From: Bacilli bacterium
GTDB lineage: Bacteria; Bacillota_I; Bacilli_A; RFN20; CAG-826
DNA: 64,000 nt
Assembly (NCBI GenBank): GCA_017442875.1
Contig: JAFSPN010000046.1
Location: 103,596 to 167,595, forward strand
Direction: 5' to 3'
Numbering within the stretch: the first letter of the stretch is position 1; the number at the start of each line of letters is the position of its first letter. Under the pieces are notes generated by a model. The model made no database searches. It was not told the origin of the DNA and saw only the letters and a list, made by a program, of their open reading frames with translations. Shown piece after piece: positions 1 through 9,882 of the stretch. The translations under genes and the position numbers were made by a program.

Positions 1-273
1 TGGAACGTTTTGCAATACGCTTTATTACTTATGATGTTCGCGCAAGTATCTGGTTTAAAAGTCGGTGAACTCGTTCACGTTATAGCTGATGCACACATCT
101 ACGATAGACACATCGATATCGTTAAAGAAGTGATCGCCAAACCTCAACACAAAGCGCCTAAATTAAAAATGAATCCAAACGTTAAAAACTTCTATGACTT
201 CAAGGTAGAAGATTTTGAACTCATTGATTACGAATACGAACCATTAGACAAGAAAATCCCGGTGGCCATTTAA
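1..273 (+). CDS. thyA: thymidylate synthase, C-terminal fragment (gene continues upstream of window)
   Basis: In-frame translation from base 1 reads WNVLQYALLLMMFAQ...DAHIYDRH...KIPVAI, the conserved ThyA C-terminus ending -VAI. It is immediately followed by a DHFR gene. Confidence 0.85.
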   Translation, partial: WNVLQYALLLMMFAQVSGLKVGELVHVIADAHIYDRHIDIVKEVIAKPQHKAPKLKMNPNVKNFYDFKVEDFELIDYEYEPLDKKIPVAI

Positions 274-274
274 T

Positions 275-787
275 ATGATTATTTCCATTCTTAACTGCGA
301 TAAGAAATTTGGCATTGGCAAAAGAAACGGTCTTCTTTTCTCGCTTCCAAAAGATATGAAATTCTTTAGAGAAACCACTAAAGGACATGTTGTTTGTATG
401 GGTGAAAACACTTTGTTATCTTTCCCGGAAAGCAAACCGCTTAAAAATAGAACCAATGTTGTCTTATCTCAGGATCCAACCCATAACTACGAAGGCGTCA
501 TTAACGTTCATACATTTGAAGACTTCTTAAAAGAAATGAAAAAACAAGCGGAGCGTGACATCGTTTTCGTTATCGGTGGCGCGTCCATCTATAGACAAAC
601 TCTTCCATATGTTGATGAAGTTTATCTAACTAAGGTGAACGCTGATGGAGGCGCAGAAGTTTTCTTTGTTAACCTAGATGAAGAAAAAGATTTTGAGCTC
701 GTCAAAGAAAGTGAACCTGAAATGGATGGAGATATTGAAATCAAATTTACCGTCTATAAAAACAACAACAAGAAAGAAATATTATAA
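275..787 (+). CDS. folA: dihydrofolate reductase
   Basis: 170 aa; the N-terminus MIISILNCDKKFGIGKRNGLLFSLPKDMKFF is typical of DHFR. Its ATG lies 1 nt after the thyA stop (classic thyA-folA pair). Confidence 0.85.
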   Translation: MIISILNCDKKFGIGKRNGLLFSLPKDMKFFRETTKGHVVCMGENTLLSFPESKPLKNRTNVVLSQDPTHNYEGVINVHTFEDFLKEMKKQAERDIVFVIGGASIYRQTLPYVDEVYLTKVNADGGAEVFFVNLDEEKDFELVKESEPEMDGDIEIKFTVYKNNNKKEIL

Positions 788-789
788 AA

Positions 790-1791
790 ATGAAAAATAA
801 CATCTATCCAAAAAACTATAAAAGTGTTCTTGATTTAGTGGATACTCAAATCGCTATTAAGTTAATAAAGGACACTTTTGAAAGAGAACTCGCTAAAGAG
901 TTAGATCTTATGAGAGTATCCGCTCCTTTATTCGTGGAGCCAGAAACTGGTTTAAATGATAATTTAAGCGGTGTAGAAAAAGCCGTTAACTTTGTGGTTA
1001 ACGAAGATGAAAAGAATCTAGAAATTGTCCAATCTTTAGCGAAATGGAAAAGATACGCATTAAACAAATACAATATCGATGGCTTGTACACCGATATGAA
1101 TGCGATTAGAAGATTTGAAGATTTAGATAATCTCCATTCTTTATATGTTGACCAATGGGACTGGGAAAGAAGATTAAAACCAGAAGAAAGAAAATTGGGT
1201 ACTCTTAAACGCGTTGTTAAAAGAATCTATAAAGCATTTCTTAAGACATATAACTTATTAATCAAAAAGTATCCTCAATTAAAGAATGAAAATTTGCCTA
1301 AAGATGTCGTCTTTATCACCACGAAAGAATTAGAGGCTAAATATCCAAACCTTTCTAGGAAAGAAAGAGAAAACGCGATTTGTAAGGAATATGGCGTGGT
1401 ATTTCTAATTGGAATAGGTGGCAAATTAAAAGATGGCCAATCCCATGATGCACGTGCAGCGGACTATGATGATTGGAAACTTAACGGCGATATCTTGCTT
1501 TGGTATGAGCCACTTCAAATTGCTTTTGAATTATCAAGCATGGGTATTAGAGTAAATAAAGAATCTTTGGTTAAACAGTTAAAGGCCAAAGGCGAAGAAT
1601 ATAAACTTGATATGCCATACCATAAGCAAATACTAAATGATGAATTACCACTTTCAATTGGTGGTGGTATTGGTCAATCACGTTTATGTATGTACTTATT
1701 AAAAAAGGTCCACATCGGCGAAGTGCAATCTTCATATTGGCCAGATGAGGATATCAAAAAATTTAAGAAATATAATGTTGAGTTACTTTAA
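790..1791 (+). CDS. asnA: aspartate--ammonia ligase (asparagine synthetase A)
   Basis: 333 aa; strong similarity to E. coli AsnA along the whole length (LSGVEKAV, SLAKWKR, YVDQWDWER, FLIGIGGKL, GGGIGQSRLCMYLL). Confidence 0.85.
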   Translation: MKNNIYPKNYKSVLDLVDTQIAIKLIKDTFERELAKELDLMRVSAPLFVEPETGLNDNLSGVEKAVNFVVNEDEKNLEIVQSLAKWKRYALNKYNIDGLYTDMNAIRRFEDLDNLHSLYVDQWDWERRLKPEERKLGTLKRVVKRIYKAFLKTYNLLIKKYPQLKNENLPKDVVFITTKELEAKYPNLSRKERENAICKEYGVVFLIGIGGKLKDGQSHDARAADYDDWKLNGDILLWYEPLQIAFELSSMGIRVNKESLVKQLKAKGEEYKLDMPYHKQILNDELPLSIGGGIGQSRLCMYLLKKVHIGEVQSSYWPDEDIKKFKKYNVELL

Positions 1792-2448
1792 TAGGTCAGC
1801 GAGTTCATTAAGGTTGTTGATAAAGAGGTCTGAATTAGACTTCTTTTCATTATCAAACTTTTCAGACGCTTTATCATAAACCGCGACAGTCACAAAACCG
1901 GCGTCGTGAACGGTCTTAATACAAGTTGGCATATCTTCTAACACCAAGGTGTTTTCTGGCTTAGAATTCATCTTTTCTGTTAAATCTAAATAGATCTTCG
2001 CACTGTTCTTGCCTTCTTTAGAAGCATTAACGTCAGCGATATAGTCGAAATAGTTACCAATACCTAATCTAATAATGCATGGCATATATAATTCAGCATC
2101 GTTCGCTGTTGCGATTGAAAGTTTCAAACCCGCACTCTTCATGAGCTCTAACAATCTAATCGCACCTGGCTTCAATTCAACATCATTATGATACATATCT
2201 AACGCCATTTGTCGCCACTCATGGATAATCTCATCTGGTGTTTCTTTGACACCATATAATTCTCTAGTTAATTCAGCGGCTTTTCTTAAACCTAAGTGAA
2301 CAATCTTTTGAGCGTAATCTTTAGGAAGTTCCATGCCGCGTTTAGCAAAAAAGAGTAAATCTATTTCGTGCCAAAGACCGGTGGAATCAATTAAGGTTCC
2401 ATCCATATCAAATATCACCGCATTTATTTCATGGTCTAATAGTTTCAT
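1783..2448 (-). CDS. HAD-superfamily hydrolase (HAD-IA, beta-phosphoglucomutase-like)
   Basis: 221 aa; N-terminal motif AVIFDMDGTLIDS (DxDGT) and HAD fold motifs. Confidence 0.6.
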   Translation of the reverse strand: MKLLDHEINAVIFDMDGTLIDSTGLWHEIDLLFFAKRGMELPKDYAQKIVHLGLRKAAELTRELYGVKETPDEIIHEWRQMALDMYHNDVELKPGAIRLLELMKSAGLKLSIATANDAELYMPCIIRLGIGNYFDYIADVNASKEGKNSAKIYLDLTEKMNSKPENTLVLEDMPTCIKTVHDAGFVTVAVYDKASEKFDNEKKSNSDLFINNLNELADLLK

Positions 2449-3149
2449 AAGATTTCAATTTCACCACTATCGATGTGTAAAAGCATATCACGGGATAAGA
2501 TTTGAAGACAGAAATTATCGTCTATACCCATCACTTCGCCAATAAATACTTGGTTATTAACTAAGACACGCACTCTTTTATTTTGTAAGTAGTTATGTTT
2601 TCTAAAATATTCTAAATAATCATTTGTGTGAATATCAGACAAACTATTAACAATATTTGGGAATAGCTTTTCTTTCAATTGTTCAATGTCGATATCTTGT
2701 TTGGCTTCTATCGATAAAGATGTAGCGGGTCTTCTTAAGTCATTTGGGAATTCTTTTTGATTAACATTAAGGCCAATGCCCACGACTAGGTAGTTAGATA
2801 ATTCACCTTCCGCTAAGATGCCACATACCTTTTTATCGCCTATTAAGACGTCATTAGGCCACTTTATACTGACCCCTTTGATTTTATATGTCTCTAATGC
2901 TTTAGCGATGATAACAGCGCTTAAAAGCGAAATGATTGGAGCTTTATCTAATAACGCTTTATCTTTAATCAAAAATGAGAACATTAAGTTTTCACCTTTT
3001 TTACTAGACCACACCCGATCATTACGGCCTTTTCCATGGCTCTGATAATCAGTGGAAACAAAAGTAAAATTATCTAGTAAACGATAGGTATTTTTTAAAT
3101 AAGTATTTGTCGAATCTATTTCATCAAAATGAATTTGTTTATATTGCAT
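2445..3149 (-). CDS. birA: biotin--[acetyl-CoA-carboxylase] ligase, type I (no N-terminal HTH)
   Basis: Start trimmed to MQYKQIHFDEIDSTN (ATG at 3147-3149). The GRGRxW-type motif HGKGRNDRVWSS is present. The ORF-track N-extension overlaps the upstream gene and is low-complexity. Confidence 0.75.
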   Translation of the reverse strand: MQYKQIHFDEIDSTNTYLKNTYRLLDNFTFVSTDYQSHGKGRNDRVWSSKKGENLMFSFLIKDKALLDKAPIISLLSAVIIAKALETYKIKGVSIKWPNDVLIGDKKVCGILAEGELSNYLVVGIGLNVNQKEFPNDLRRPATSLSIEAKQDIDIEQLKEKLFPNIVNSLSDIHTNDYLEYFRKHNYLQNKRVRVLVNNQVFIGEVMGIDDNFCLQILSRDMLLHIDSGEIEIL

Positions 3150-3213
3150 GGCTTTATTGTAAAACAAAAAAGCCTCCGCTTTAAGCGAAGACTTATTATT
3201 TGATTTATTCTTA

Positions 3214-4617
3214 CTAGAGGAATAAGAGGAGTAAGACACCAGCAGCAACTGCTGATCCAATAACGCCGGCGACGTTTGGACCCATCGCGTGCATGAGCAA
3301 GAAGTTAGTTGGATCTTCTCTTAAACCTTCCTTATGGACAACACGAGCCGCCATAGGAACAGCGCTAACACCAGCGGCACCAATCATTGGGTTAACTTTA
3401 CCTTTAGTGGCCCAGCACATAATCTTACCGCCAAGTACACCCGCTGCAGTAGCGATGGAGAAGGCTAAGATACCTAACACGAAGATTAAGATTGTATCTG
3501 GTGTTAAGAATGTTTGCGCATCAGCGGTACAGCCAACACAGATGCCTAATAAAATAGTAATAATATACATTAAGCTGTTTGCTAATGTTTGAGTGATTTT
3601 TGGTACGACACCAGATTCTTTAATTAAGTTACCAAGCATTAAGCAACCAATTAATGGAGCGGCACTTGGAACAATTAAGACGGTAATTGCGGTAACCACG
3701 ATTGGGAAGAGAATCTTTTCTGTTTTAGAAACTTCTCTTGGGGCTTCCATCTTAATTTGACGTTCTTTCTTTGTGGTAAGAAGTCTAATAATTGGAGGTT
3801 GAATAACAGGCACTAAGGCCATGTATGAATAGGCGACAATTGCGATAGCGGATAAGTATTCAGGCGCTAATCTAGTTGTAACCAAAATGGCAGTTGGACC
3901 GTCCGCGCCACCGATAATACCAATAGCGGACGCGATTTTTGCATCAAACTGCGTCCAACCAAAGCCGTTTTTACCGATTAAGATGGCACCGATAAAGGTA
4001 ACAAAGATACCAATTTGAGCGGCAGCGCCTAACAACATGGTTTTCTTGTTAGCGATTAATGGACCAAAGTCTGTTGTGGCACCGATACAAAGGAAGATCA
4101 AACAAGGATAAATACCCCATTTAACACCGTAATATAAATAACCGAATATACCAGTATAGTCATAGCTATAGAGGTGATCTAAGTTATCACGGATTGTTTC
4201 GGTAAAACCTAAACCAGAAGGAGCGTTTTCTAAGAAATCGACAGCATTATTCATCACCACTTGATGAATTTGAGCGGTTGTTAAAATATTTCCTTCTTTG
4301 ATAACGCCTAAAGATATGGCCTGATCAAATATATAGTTGCTCTGCTCTGTTGTTAATCCAACAGCGGCCGCTAAAGAGATAGGATTATATTCCGTCGTGC
4401 CTTTAGCAAATATTTCCTTTGCGACAAATGGTAAGTTGACAAGCAACATACCAAAAGCAATTGGAAGTAATAGATATGGTTCGAAATCTTTCTTAATGGC
4501 AAGGAAAAGAAGGACACAAGCCACCACAATCATGATGAGGTTCTTCCATCCACCACTAATAAAGAATCCGGCTATACCAGAACTTTGAAAAAATGATGAA
4601 ATAGTATTCCAAAACAT
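3214..4617 (-). CDS. oadB: Na+-transporting oxaloacetate decarboxylase beta subunit (membrane Na+ pump subunit)
   Basis: 467 aa polytopic membrane protein. The N-terminus MFWNTISSFFQSSGIAGFF...LAIKKDFEPYLLLPIAFGMLLVNLP matches the OadB/MmdB/GcdB family. Confidence 0.75.
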   Translation of the reverse strand: MFWNTISSFFQSSGIAGFFISGGWKNLIMIVVACVLLFLAIKKDFEPYLLLPIAFGMLLVNLPFVAKEIFAKGTTEYNPISLAAAVGLTTEQSNYIFDQAISLGVIKEGNILTTAQIHQVVMNNAVDFLENAPSGLGFTETIRDNLDHLYSYDYTGIFGYLYYGVKWGIYPCLIFLCIGATTDFGPLIANKKTMLLGAAAQIGIFVTFIGAILIGKNGFGWTQFDAKIASAIGIIGGADGPTAILVTTRLAPEYLSAIAIVAYSYMALVPVIQPPIIRLLTTKKERQIKMEAPREVSKTEKILFPIVVTAITVLIVPSAAPLIGCLMLGNLIKESGVVPKITQTLANSLMYIITILLGICVGCTADAQTFLTPDTILIFVLGILAFSIATAAGVLGGKIMCWATKGKVNPMIGAAGVSAVPMAARVVHKEGLREDPTNFLLMHAMGPNVAGVIGSAVAAGVLLLLFL

Positions 4618-4624
4618 AATTCAA

Positions 4625-4969
4625 TTACTCGATAATGACAATTGGCTCTTTCGCTTTAACGTTTTGACCTTTGCTAACGAGGATTTCTGCCACTTGACCT
4701 TCAAAAGGAGAAACAACTTCGTTTTCAAGTTTCATTGCTTCAACGATTAATAAGACATCGCCCTTTTGAACTTTATCGCCAACTTTAACTTTGACATTGG
4801 TAACTTGTCCTTGGATTGGGGAGACAACTTCTTTACCACCATCGTTATTAACAATCTTTTTGGTCTCTTGTTTTCTTTTTTCTTCTAATGGTGCTGAATC
4901 AACTTGTTCAATTTCTTCAAGTTCAACACGATATGATTTACCGTTAACTTTGATTTTGTAAATTTTCAT
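4625..4969 (-). CDS. biotin carboxyl carrier protein (biotinyl domain) of the decarboxylase
   Basis: 114 aa; biotin attachment motif EAMKLENEV (consensus EAMKM) in a biotinyl/lipoyl hybrid-barrel domain. Confidence 0.75.
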   Translation of the reverse strand: MKIYKIKVNGKSYRVELEEIEQVDSAPLEEKRKQETKKIVNNDGGKEVVSPIQGQVTNVKVKVGDKVQKGDVLLIVEAMKLENEVVSPFEGQVAEILVSKGQNVKAKEPIVIIE

Positions 4970-4972
4970 ACC

Positions 4973-5269
4973 TTAATCCTCGATTCTTTTTATCGAAACT
5001 ACACGCACGTCCTTGCCGGTTTCGCGGTAAAACTCCATTGTCGCTACTAAAGCAGCCACAACAGCGTTTGGGTCTTCGCTTAAAATCTTGTTTTCTTCGC
5101 GTGGCAAAATATTAGTCGCGGCATCGATTTTTTCCATGCCTTTTTGCATTGCCCATGTGACAAAAATAATCACACCTAAAACTAAGAAAACGATAAGAAT
5201 AGCGATTGCTGCGATTAAGAAGGCTTCGCCGATTGAAATATTCCCGTCTTTAAAAACTGCTAATACCAT
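4973..5269 (-). CDS. oadG: oxaloacetate decarboxylase gamma-like small membrane subunit
   Basis: 98 aa; single N-terminal TM helix followed by a soluble tail. Size and position between the alpha and biotin-carrier genes fit OadG. Confidence 0.5.
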   Translation of the reverse strand: MVLAVFKDGNISIGEAFLIAAIAILIVFLVLGVIIFVTWAMQKGMEKIDAATNILPREENKILSEDPNAVVAALVATMEFYRETGKDVRVVSIKRIED

Positions 5270-5271
5270 GA

Positions 5272-6642
5272 CTAGGCCTCAACGTGGATGAGCGTTGGAA
5301 TCGCATCTTCGTTTCTTTGCTCAATAAACCTAATAGCAACATCACCAAACAAGGCGATAGATAAAACATCTTCATCGCTTTTAGCGATATCTTTATATTG
5401 CTTCTTTAATGCTTCAAATTCTGGTTTTAAATCATCCGCCGGACGATAGTCAATGACTTTGTCATCACCGATAATCTTATGACGGATTTCTTCGTTGACT
5501 GGAGCAGGAGATCTACCATATCTACCATGTAGATATTCGTTGATTTCCTTTGGTACCATCTTATATCTTTCACCAGATAGAACGTTAAGAACAGCTTGGG
5601 TACCAACCATTTGTGATAATGGAGTAACAAGTGGAGGATAACCCATATCTTTACGAACGTTAGGAACTTCCGCTAAAACTTCATCAAGTCTATCAGAAGC
5701 ATCTTGCTGTTTTAATTGGTTAATCAAGTTAGAGAGCATACCGCCAGGAACTTGATATTTAATAATATTAGCGTTAACGGATAATACTTTTGGATTAAGT
5801 AAACCATTAGCGATGTATTTGGCTTTAACTGGCGCTAATTTGGCCGCAGCAGCGTTAAGCATTTCAACATTAAGCTTTGGATCGTATTCAGTGCCTTGCA
5901 AGGCAAAGTTTAAAGATTCAGTACATGGTTGAGATGTACCACCACTTAATGGTGAGATCGCACAGTCGACAATATCAACACCGGCTTCAATAGCCTTCAA
6001 GTATGTCATTTCACATAAACCACCTGTGCAGTGACTATGTAATTCGATTGGTAATTTGGTGTTTTTCTTTAACGCGCTGATTAATTCATAAGCAGCGGTT
6101 GGCATCATAACACCGGCCATATCTTTGATACAGATGCTATCAGCACCCATCTTTTCGATTTCTTTTGCTAAATCGACATAATATTGAACGGTATGAACTG
6201 GTGAAGTTGTATAACTTAAAGCAATTTGGCATTCACCACCATATTTCTTCGTTGCTTTAACAGCGCACGCTAAGTTACGGATATCATTTAAAGCGTCAAA
6301 AATACGGATAATATCAATACCATTCTTAATGGATTTCTCAACGAACTTTTCCACAACATCATCGGCATAGTGTCTATAACCTAAGATGTTTTGGCCACGG
6401 AATAACATTTGTAATTTGGTTTTCTTGCAAATTTTTCTAGCGAGTCTAAGTCTTTCCCATGGGTCTTCGTTCAAGAACCTTAAACATGAATCAAAAGTCG
6501 CACCACCCCAAATTTCAATGGCATGGTAACCAACTTGATCGAGTTCTTTCAGCGCACAAAGAACTTCTTCAGTGTTCATTCTTGTGGCGAATAATGATTG
6601 ATGGCCATCTCGTAGGCCGGTTTCAACAATTTTTACACCCAT
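5272..6642 (-). CDS. oadA: oxaloacetate decarboxylase alpha subunit, carboxyltransferase (5S/PC-type TIM barrel) domain only
   Basis: 456 aa; N-terminus MGVKIVETGLRDGHQSLFATRM is typical of OadA / pyruvate carboxylase subunit B. It has no C-terminal biotinyl domain; biotin carrier is encoded separately just downstream. Confidence 0.75.
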   Translation of the reverse strand: MGVKIVETGLRDGHQSLFATRMNTEEVLCALKELDQVGYHAIEIWGGATFDSCLRFLNEDPWERLRLARKICKKTKLQMLFRGQNILGYRHYADDVVEKFVEKSIKNGIDIIRIFDALNDIRNLACAVKATKKYGGECQIALSYTTSPVHTVQYYVDLAKEIEKMGADSICIKDMAGVMMPTAAYELISALKKNTKLPIELHSHCTGGLCEMTYLKAIEAGVDIVDCAISPLSGGTSQPCTESLNFALQGTEYDPKLNVEMLNAAAAKLAPVKAKYIANGLLNPKVLSVNANIIKYQVPGGMLSNLINQLKQQDASDRLDEVLAEVPNVRKDMGYPPLVTPLSQMVGTQAVLNVLSGERYKMVPKEINEYLHGRYGRSPAPVNEEIRHKIIGDDKVIDYRPADDLKPEFEALKKQYKDIAKSDEDVLSIALFGDVAIRFIEQRNEDAIPTLIHVEA

Positions 6643-6650
6643 AATTTTCC

Positions 6651-8258
6651 TTATTTGGCTTTTGGACCAGCTTTAACTAAGGCTTTGCCAGCTTCGTTGC
6701 TTTCATATTTAACGAAGTTCTTCACAAATCTAGAAGCTAAGTCTTGAGCTTTTCTATCCCATTCTGCTTTATCAGCGTATGTATCTCTTGGGTCTAAGAT
6801 TTTTGGATCAACTCCTGGGAGTTCGGTTGGAACTTCAAAATCAAAGACAGGAATTTTCTTTGTTGGAGCTTTGTTAATTGAACCATCTAAGATGGCGTCG
6901 ATGATACCACGTGTATCTTTGATGGAAATACGTTTGCCTGTACCATTCCAACCAGTATTAACTAAGTAAGCCTTAGCACCACTGACTTTCATCTTCTTGA
7001 CTAATTCTTCAGCGTATTTTGTTGGATGTAATTCCAAGAAAGCTTGACCAAAGCAAGCGGAGAATGTTGGAGTTGGTTCAGTAATACCTCTTTCGGTACC
7101 CGCTAATTTGGCGGTGAAACCACTTAAGAAGTAATATTGTGTTTGTTCTGGAGTTAAGATGCTGACTGGTGGGAGAACACCAAAGGCATCGGCGCTTAAG
7201 AAGATAACGTTTTTAGCGTGTGGGCCATGGCTGATTGGTTTAACAATCTTTTCAATGTGATTAATAGGATAGCTGACACGTGTATTCTCTGTGACGGATT
7301 TATCCGCAAAATTGATCTTGCCGTTTTCATCAACAGTAACGTTTTCTAATAAGGCGTTTCTGCGAATAGCATTATAGATATCTGGTTCGCTATCTTTATC
7401 TAAGTTAATGACTTTAGCGTAGCAACCACCTTCAAGGTTGAATACACCATTATCATCCCAACCGTGTTCATCATCACCGATTAATAATCTCTTTGGATCG
7501 GTTGATAAGGTTGTTTTACCTGTACCGGATAAACCGAAGAAGATTGCGGTGTTTTCACCGTTCATATCGGTGTTCGCAGAGCAGTGCATTGAAGCGATAC
7601 CTTTAAGTGGTAAATAGTAGTTCATCATTGAGAACATACCTTTTTTCATTTCACCACCGTACCAAGTATTTAAGATGACTTGTTCTTTGCTTGTGATGTT
7701 GAAGGCGACACATGTTTCACTGTTTAAGCCTAATTCTTTATAATTATCAACTTTCGCTAAGGAAGCAGTATAGACGATGAAGTCTGGTTTGAAGTTCTTT
7801 AATTCTTCTTCGTTTGGTTTGATGAACATATTTCTCACAAAGTGAGCTTGCCAGGCAACTTCCATGATGAAGCGGACGGCCATTCTGGTGTCTTTATTCG
7901 CACCACAGAATGCATCAACGACGAATAATCTCTTGTTGGATAATTCTTTTTGCGCTAAAGCTTTAACTTTGGCCCAAACTTCTTCGCTCATTGGGTGGTT
8001 ATCATTTTTATAACTTTCGGAAGTCCACCAAACGGTGTCTTTACTATTTTCATCAACAACGATGTATTTATCTTTTGGGGAACGGCCGGTATAGATGCCT
8101 GTCATAACATTGACAGCGTCTAATTCTGTTAATTGGCCTTTCTCATAACCTGTTAATTCTTTTTTCATTTCTTCTTTGAAAAGAAGTTCGTAGGATGGAT
8201 TATAAACAATCTCTTTCACATCCTTGATACCATACTTGCTTAAGTCGATATTTGACAT
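6651..8258 (-). CDS. pckA: phosphoenolpyruvate carboxykinase (ATP)
   Basis: Start trimmed to [12 protein letters not shown] (ATG at 8256-8258, GGAGG RBS upstream). Kinase-1a motif [11 protein letters not shown] and PEPCK-ATP signature regions present. Confidence 0.85.
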   Translation of the reverse strand: MSNIDLSKYGIKDVKEIVYNPSYELLFKEEMKKELTGYEKGQLTELDAVNVMTGIYTGRSPKDKYIVVDENSKDTVWWTSESYKNDNHPMSEEVWAKVKALAQKELSNKRLFVVDAFCGANKDTRMAVRFIMEVAWQAHFVRNMFIKPNEEELKNFKPDFIVYTASLAKVDNYKELGLNSETCVAFNITSKEQVILNTWYGGEMKKGMFSMMNYYLPLKGIASMHCSANTDMNGENTAIFFGLSGTGKTTLSTDPKRLLIGDDEHGWDDNGVFNLEGGCYAKVINLDKDSEPDIYNAIRRNALLENVTVDENGKINFADKSVTENTRVSYPINHIEKIVKPISHGPHAKNVIFLSADAFGVLPPVSILTPEQTQYYFLSGFTAKLAGTERGITEPTPTFSACFGQAFLELHPTKYAEELVKKMKVSGAKAYLVNTGWNGTGKRISIKDTRGIIDAILDGSINKAPTKKIPVFDFEVPTELPGVDPKILDPRDTYADKAEWDRKAQDLASRFVKNFVKYESNEAGKALVKAGPKAK

Positions 8259-8300
8259 AATAAATCTCCTCTTTTTGAGGCGTTTATGTAAAAACGCCCA

Positions 8301-8311
8301 AATCAAAATCA
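8301..8311 (-). promoter_or_regulatory. candidate extended -10 promoter element (TGaTACAAT) for the pckA-oad operon
   Basis: Minus strand reads cTGTGaTACAATga about 45 nt upstream of the pckA RBS. No clear -35. Confidence 0.3.
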
Positions 8312-8386
8312 TTGTATCACAGTTATTTTTAAAAATTAATAGAAATACATTAAATCAATGTAAAAGAAAAGCTGAACGTTTCAGCC

Positions 8387-8938
8387 TTACCTTTTGAATA
8401 ATTCAAACAACTCTTTGTTGTTATAGTTTGGAGCGCCATATGTTTCTTTGGCGTATTTCAAACCATATTGGTAGTCTTCTTCGGTGAATGAGTTTGTGCA
8501 TTCATTAGCGAAGATGACATCATAATTGTTTTGGTAAGCATCAGCAGCGGTGTGTCTACAGCACATATGAGTATGTAAGCCAGTGATGACCACTGTGTTA
8601 ACACCGAGTTCTTTGAGTAATAAGTCTAAGTCGGTTTGGAAGAAACCAGAATATCTTCTCTTTGGAACGATATAATCATTTTCACTAACTGGTAATTCAG
8701 GAATGATTTCAGCTCCCCATGTACCTTTAATAGCGTGATCGCCCCATAACTTTAATTCGTTATCGATGCCTTTGTAGTGGCAGTCGTTACAGAAAATAAC
8801 TGGGACGTTATTCTTTCTAGCGTTGTCTAATAATTCTTGTAATGGTTTGACAATGGCTTTTGCTCTATCGCAACCAATTGCCCCTGTCACAAAATCGTTG
8901 AGCATATCGACTACTAATACTGCGTATTTCTTTTCCAT
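8387..8938 (-). CDS. isochorismatase-family cysteine hydrolase (nicotinamidase-like)
   Basis: Start trimmed to MEKKYAVLVVDMLNDF (typical isochorismatase N-terminus); conserved Cys region ITGLHTHMCC. Confidence 0.6.
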   Translation of the reverse strand: MEKKYAVLVVDMLNDFVTGAIGCDRAKAIVKPLQELLDNARKNNVPVIFCNDCHYKGIDNELKLWGDHAIKGTWGAEIIPELPVSENDYIVPKRRYSGFFQTDLDLLLKELGVNTVVITGLHTHMCCRHTAADAYQNNYDVIFANECTNSFTEEDYQYGLKYAKETYGAPNYNNKELFELFKR

Positions 8939-8992
8939 AATTTGGTCCTCCAAACACATTGCATATATTTATACATATTTTTTATATATTTA

Positions 8993-9030
8993 CAAGAAAA
9001 AAGCCACGCTTTAAAACGTGGCTTTTTTTG
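8993..9030. terminator. bidirectional rho-independent terminator between convergent-end genes
   Basis: A-run, stem AGCCACG/CGTGGCT (9002-9008 / 9017-9023), then a 7-nt T-run. Confidence 0.7.
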
Positions 9031-9043
9031 CGATTTTTCTAGC

Positions 9044-9790
9044 TTATTTAGCTTTGCCTTGATTGGCAACTGCTTCCATTTGTTTTTTGAGTTCTTCTTC
9101 GTCCATTAAATAGTAGTGATTGATGGCTTTCATATTGTCATCAAATTCATACACTAATGGGACACCAGTTGGGATGTTAACACCAACGATTTCATCATCT
9201 GCCATATTATCAAAATATTTGACCAAGGCTCTTAATGAATTACCATGGGCAACGATAAGGACTCTTTTACCGGCTTCCATTTCTGGTTTGATTACTTCTT
9301 CAAAATATGGAACTGCTCTCTTAACTGTTAATTCTAATGATTCATTCAATGGAAGATCTTTTGGATCAACATCTCTGAACTGCGCTTGTAAAGCTGGGTT
9401 ACGTGGATCGTCTTTTTCAAGGGCTGGAGGTGGGCAATCATAACTTCTTCTCCAAATCTTAACTTGTTCTTCACCGTATTTAGCAGCGGTTTCCGCTTTG
9501 TTTAAACCTTGAAGAGCACCATAGTGTCTTTCATTTAATCTCCATGATTTATAAACTGGTAACCATTCTCTGTCGAGTTCGAATAAGACATTGTTCATTG
9601 TGTGAATTGCTCTTTTTAATAAAGAGGTATGAACGACATCAAAATCATAACCTTTTTCTTTTAATGTTTTACCAGCGCGGTGTGCTTCTTCAACACCTTT
9701 TTCGCTTAATTCGACATCGGTCCAACCTGTAAAGAGGTTTAATTTGTTCCATTCGGATTCACCGTGTCTGATTAACACTAATTTATGCAT
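9044..9790 (-). CDS. gpmA: 2,3-bisphosphoglycerate-dependent phosphoglycerate mutase
   Basis: 248 aa; N-terminus [23 protein letters not shown] with the RHGE catalytic motif. Confidence 0.85.
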   Translation of the reverse strand: MHKLVLIRHGESEWNKLNLFTGWTDVELSEKGVEEAHRAGKTLKEKGYDFDVVHTSLLKRAIHTMNNVLFELDREWLPVYKSWRLNERHYGALQGLNKAETAAKYGEEQVKIWRRSYDCPPPALEKDDPRNPALQAQFRDVDPKDLPLNESLELTVKRAVPYFEEVIKPEMEAGKRVLIVAHGNSLRALVKYFDNMADDEIVGVNIPTGVPLVYEFDDNMKAINHYYLMDEEELKKQMEAVANQGKAK

Positions 9791-9882
9791 GCATCATTTT
9801 CTCCTTTATAATCCTGATACATTATACTTATATTTATGAATAAATAAAATGGGGAACAATATTTATTTGTTGTAGACAAACA

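Noticed and set aside
2445-3260. 271-aa birA ORF with Ser/Asn-rich N-terminus
   Set aside because: The first 37 codons overlap the end of oadB and are low-complexity. The BirA domain starts at the internal ATG (3149).
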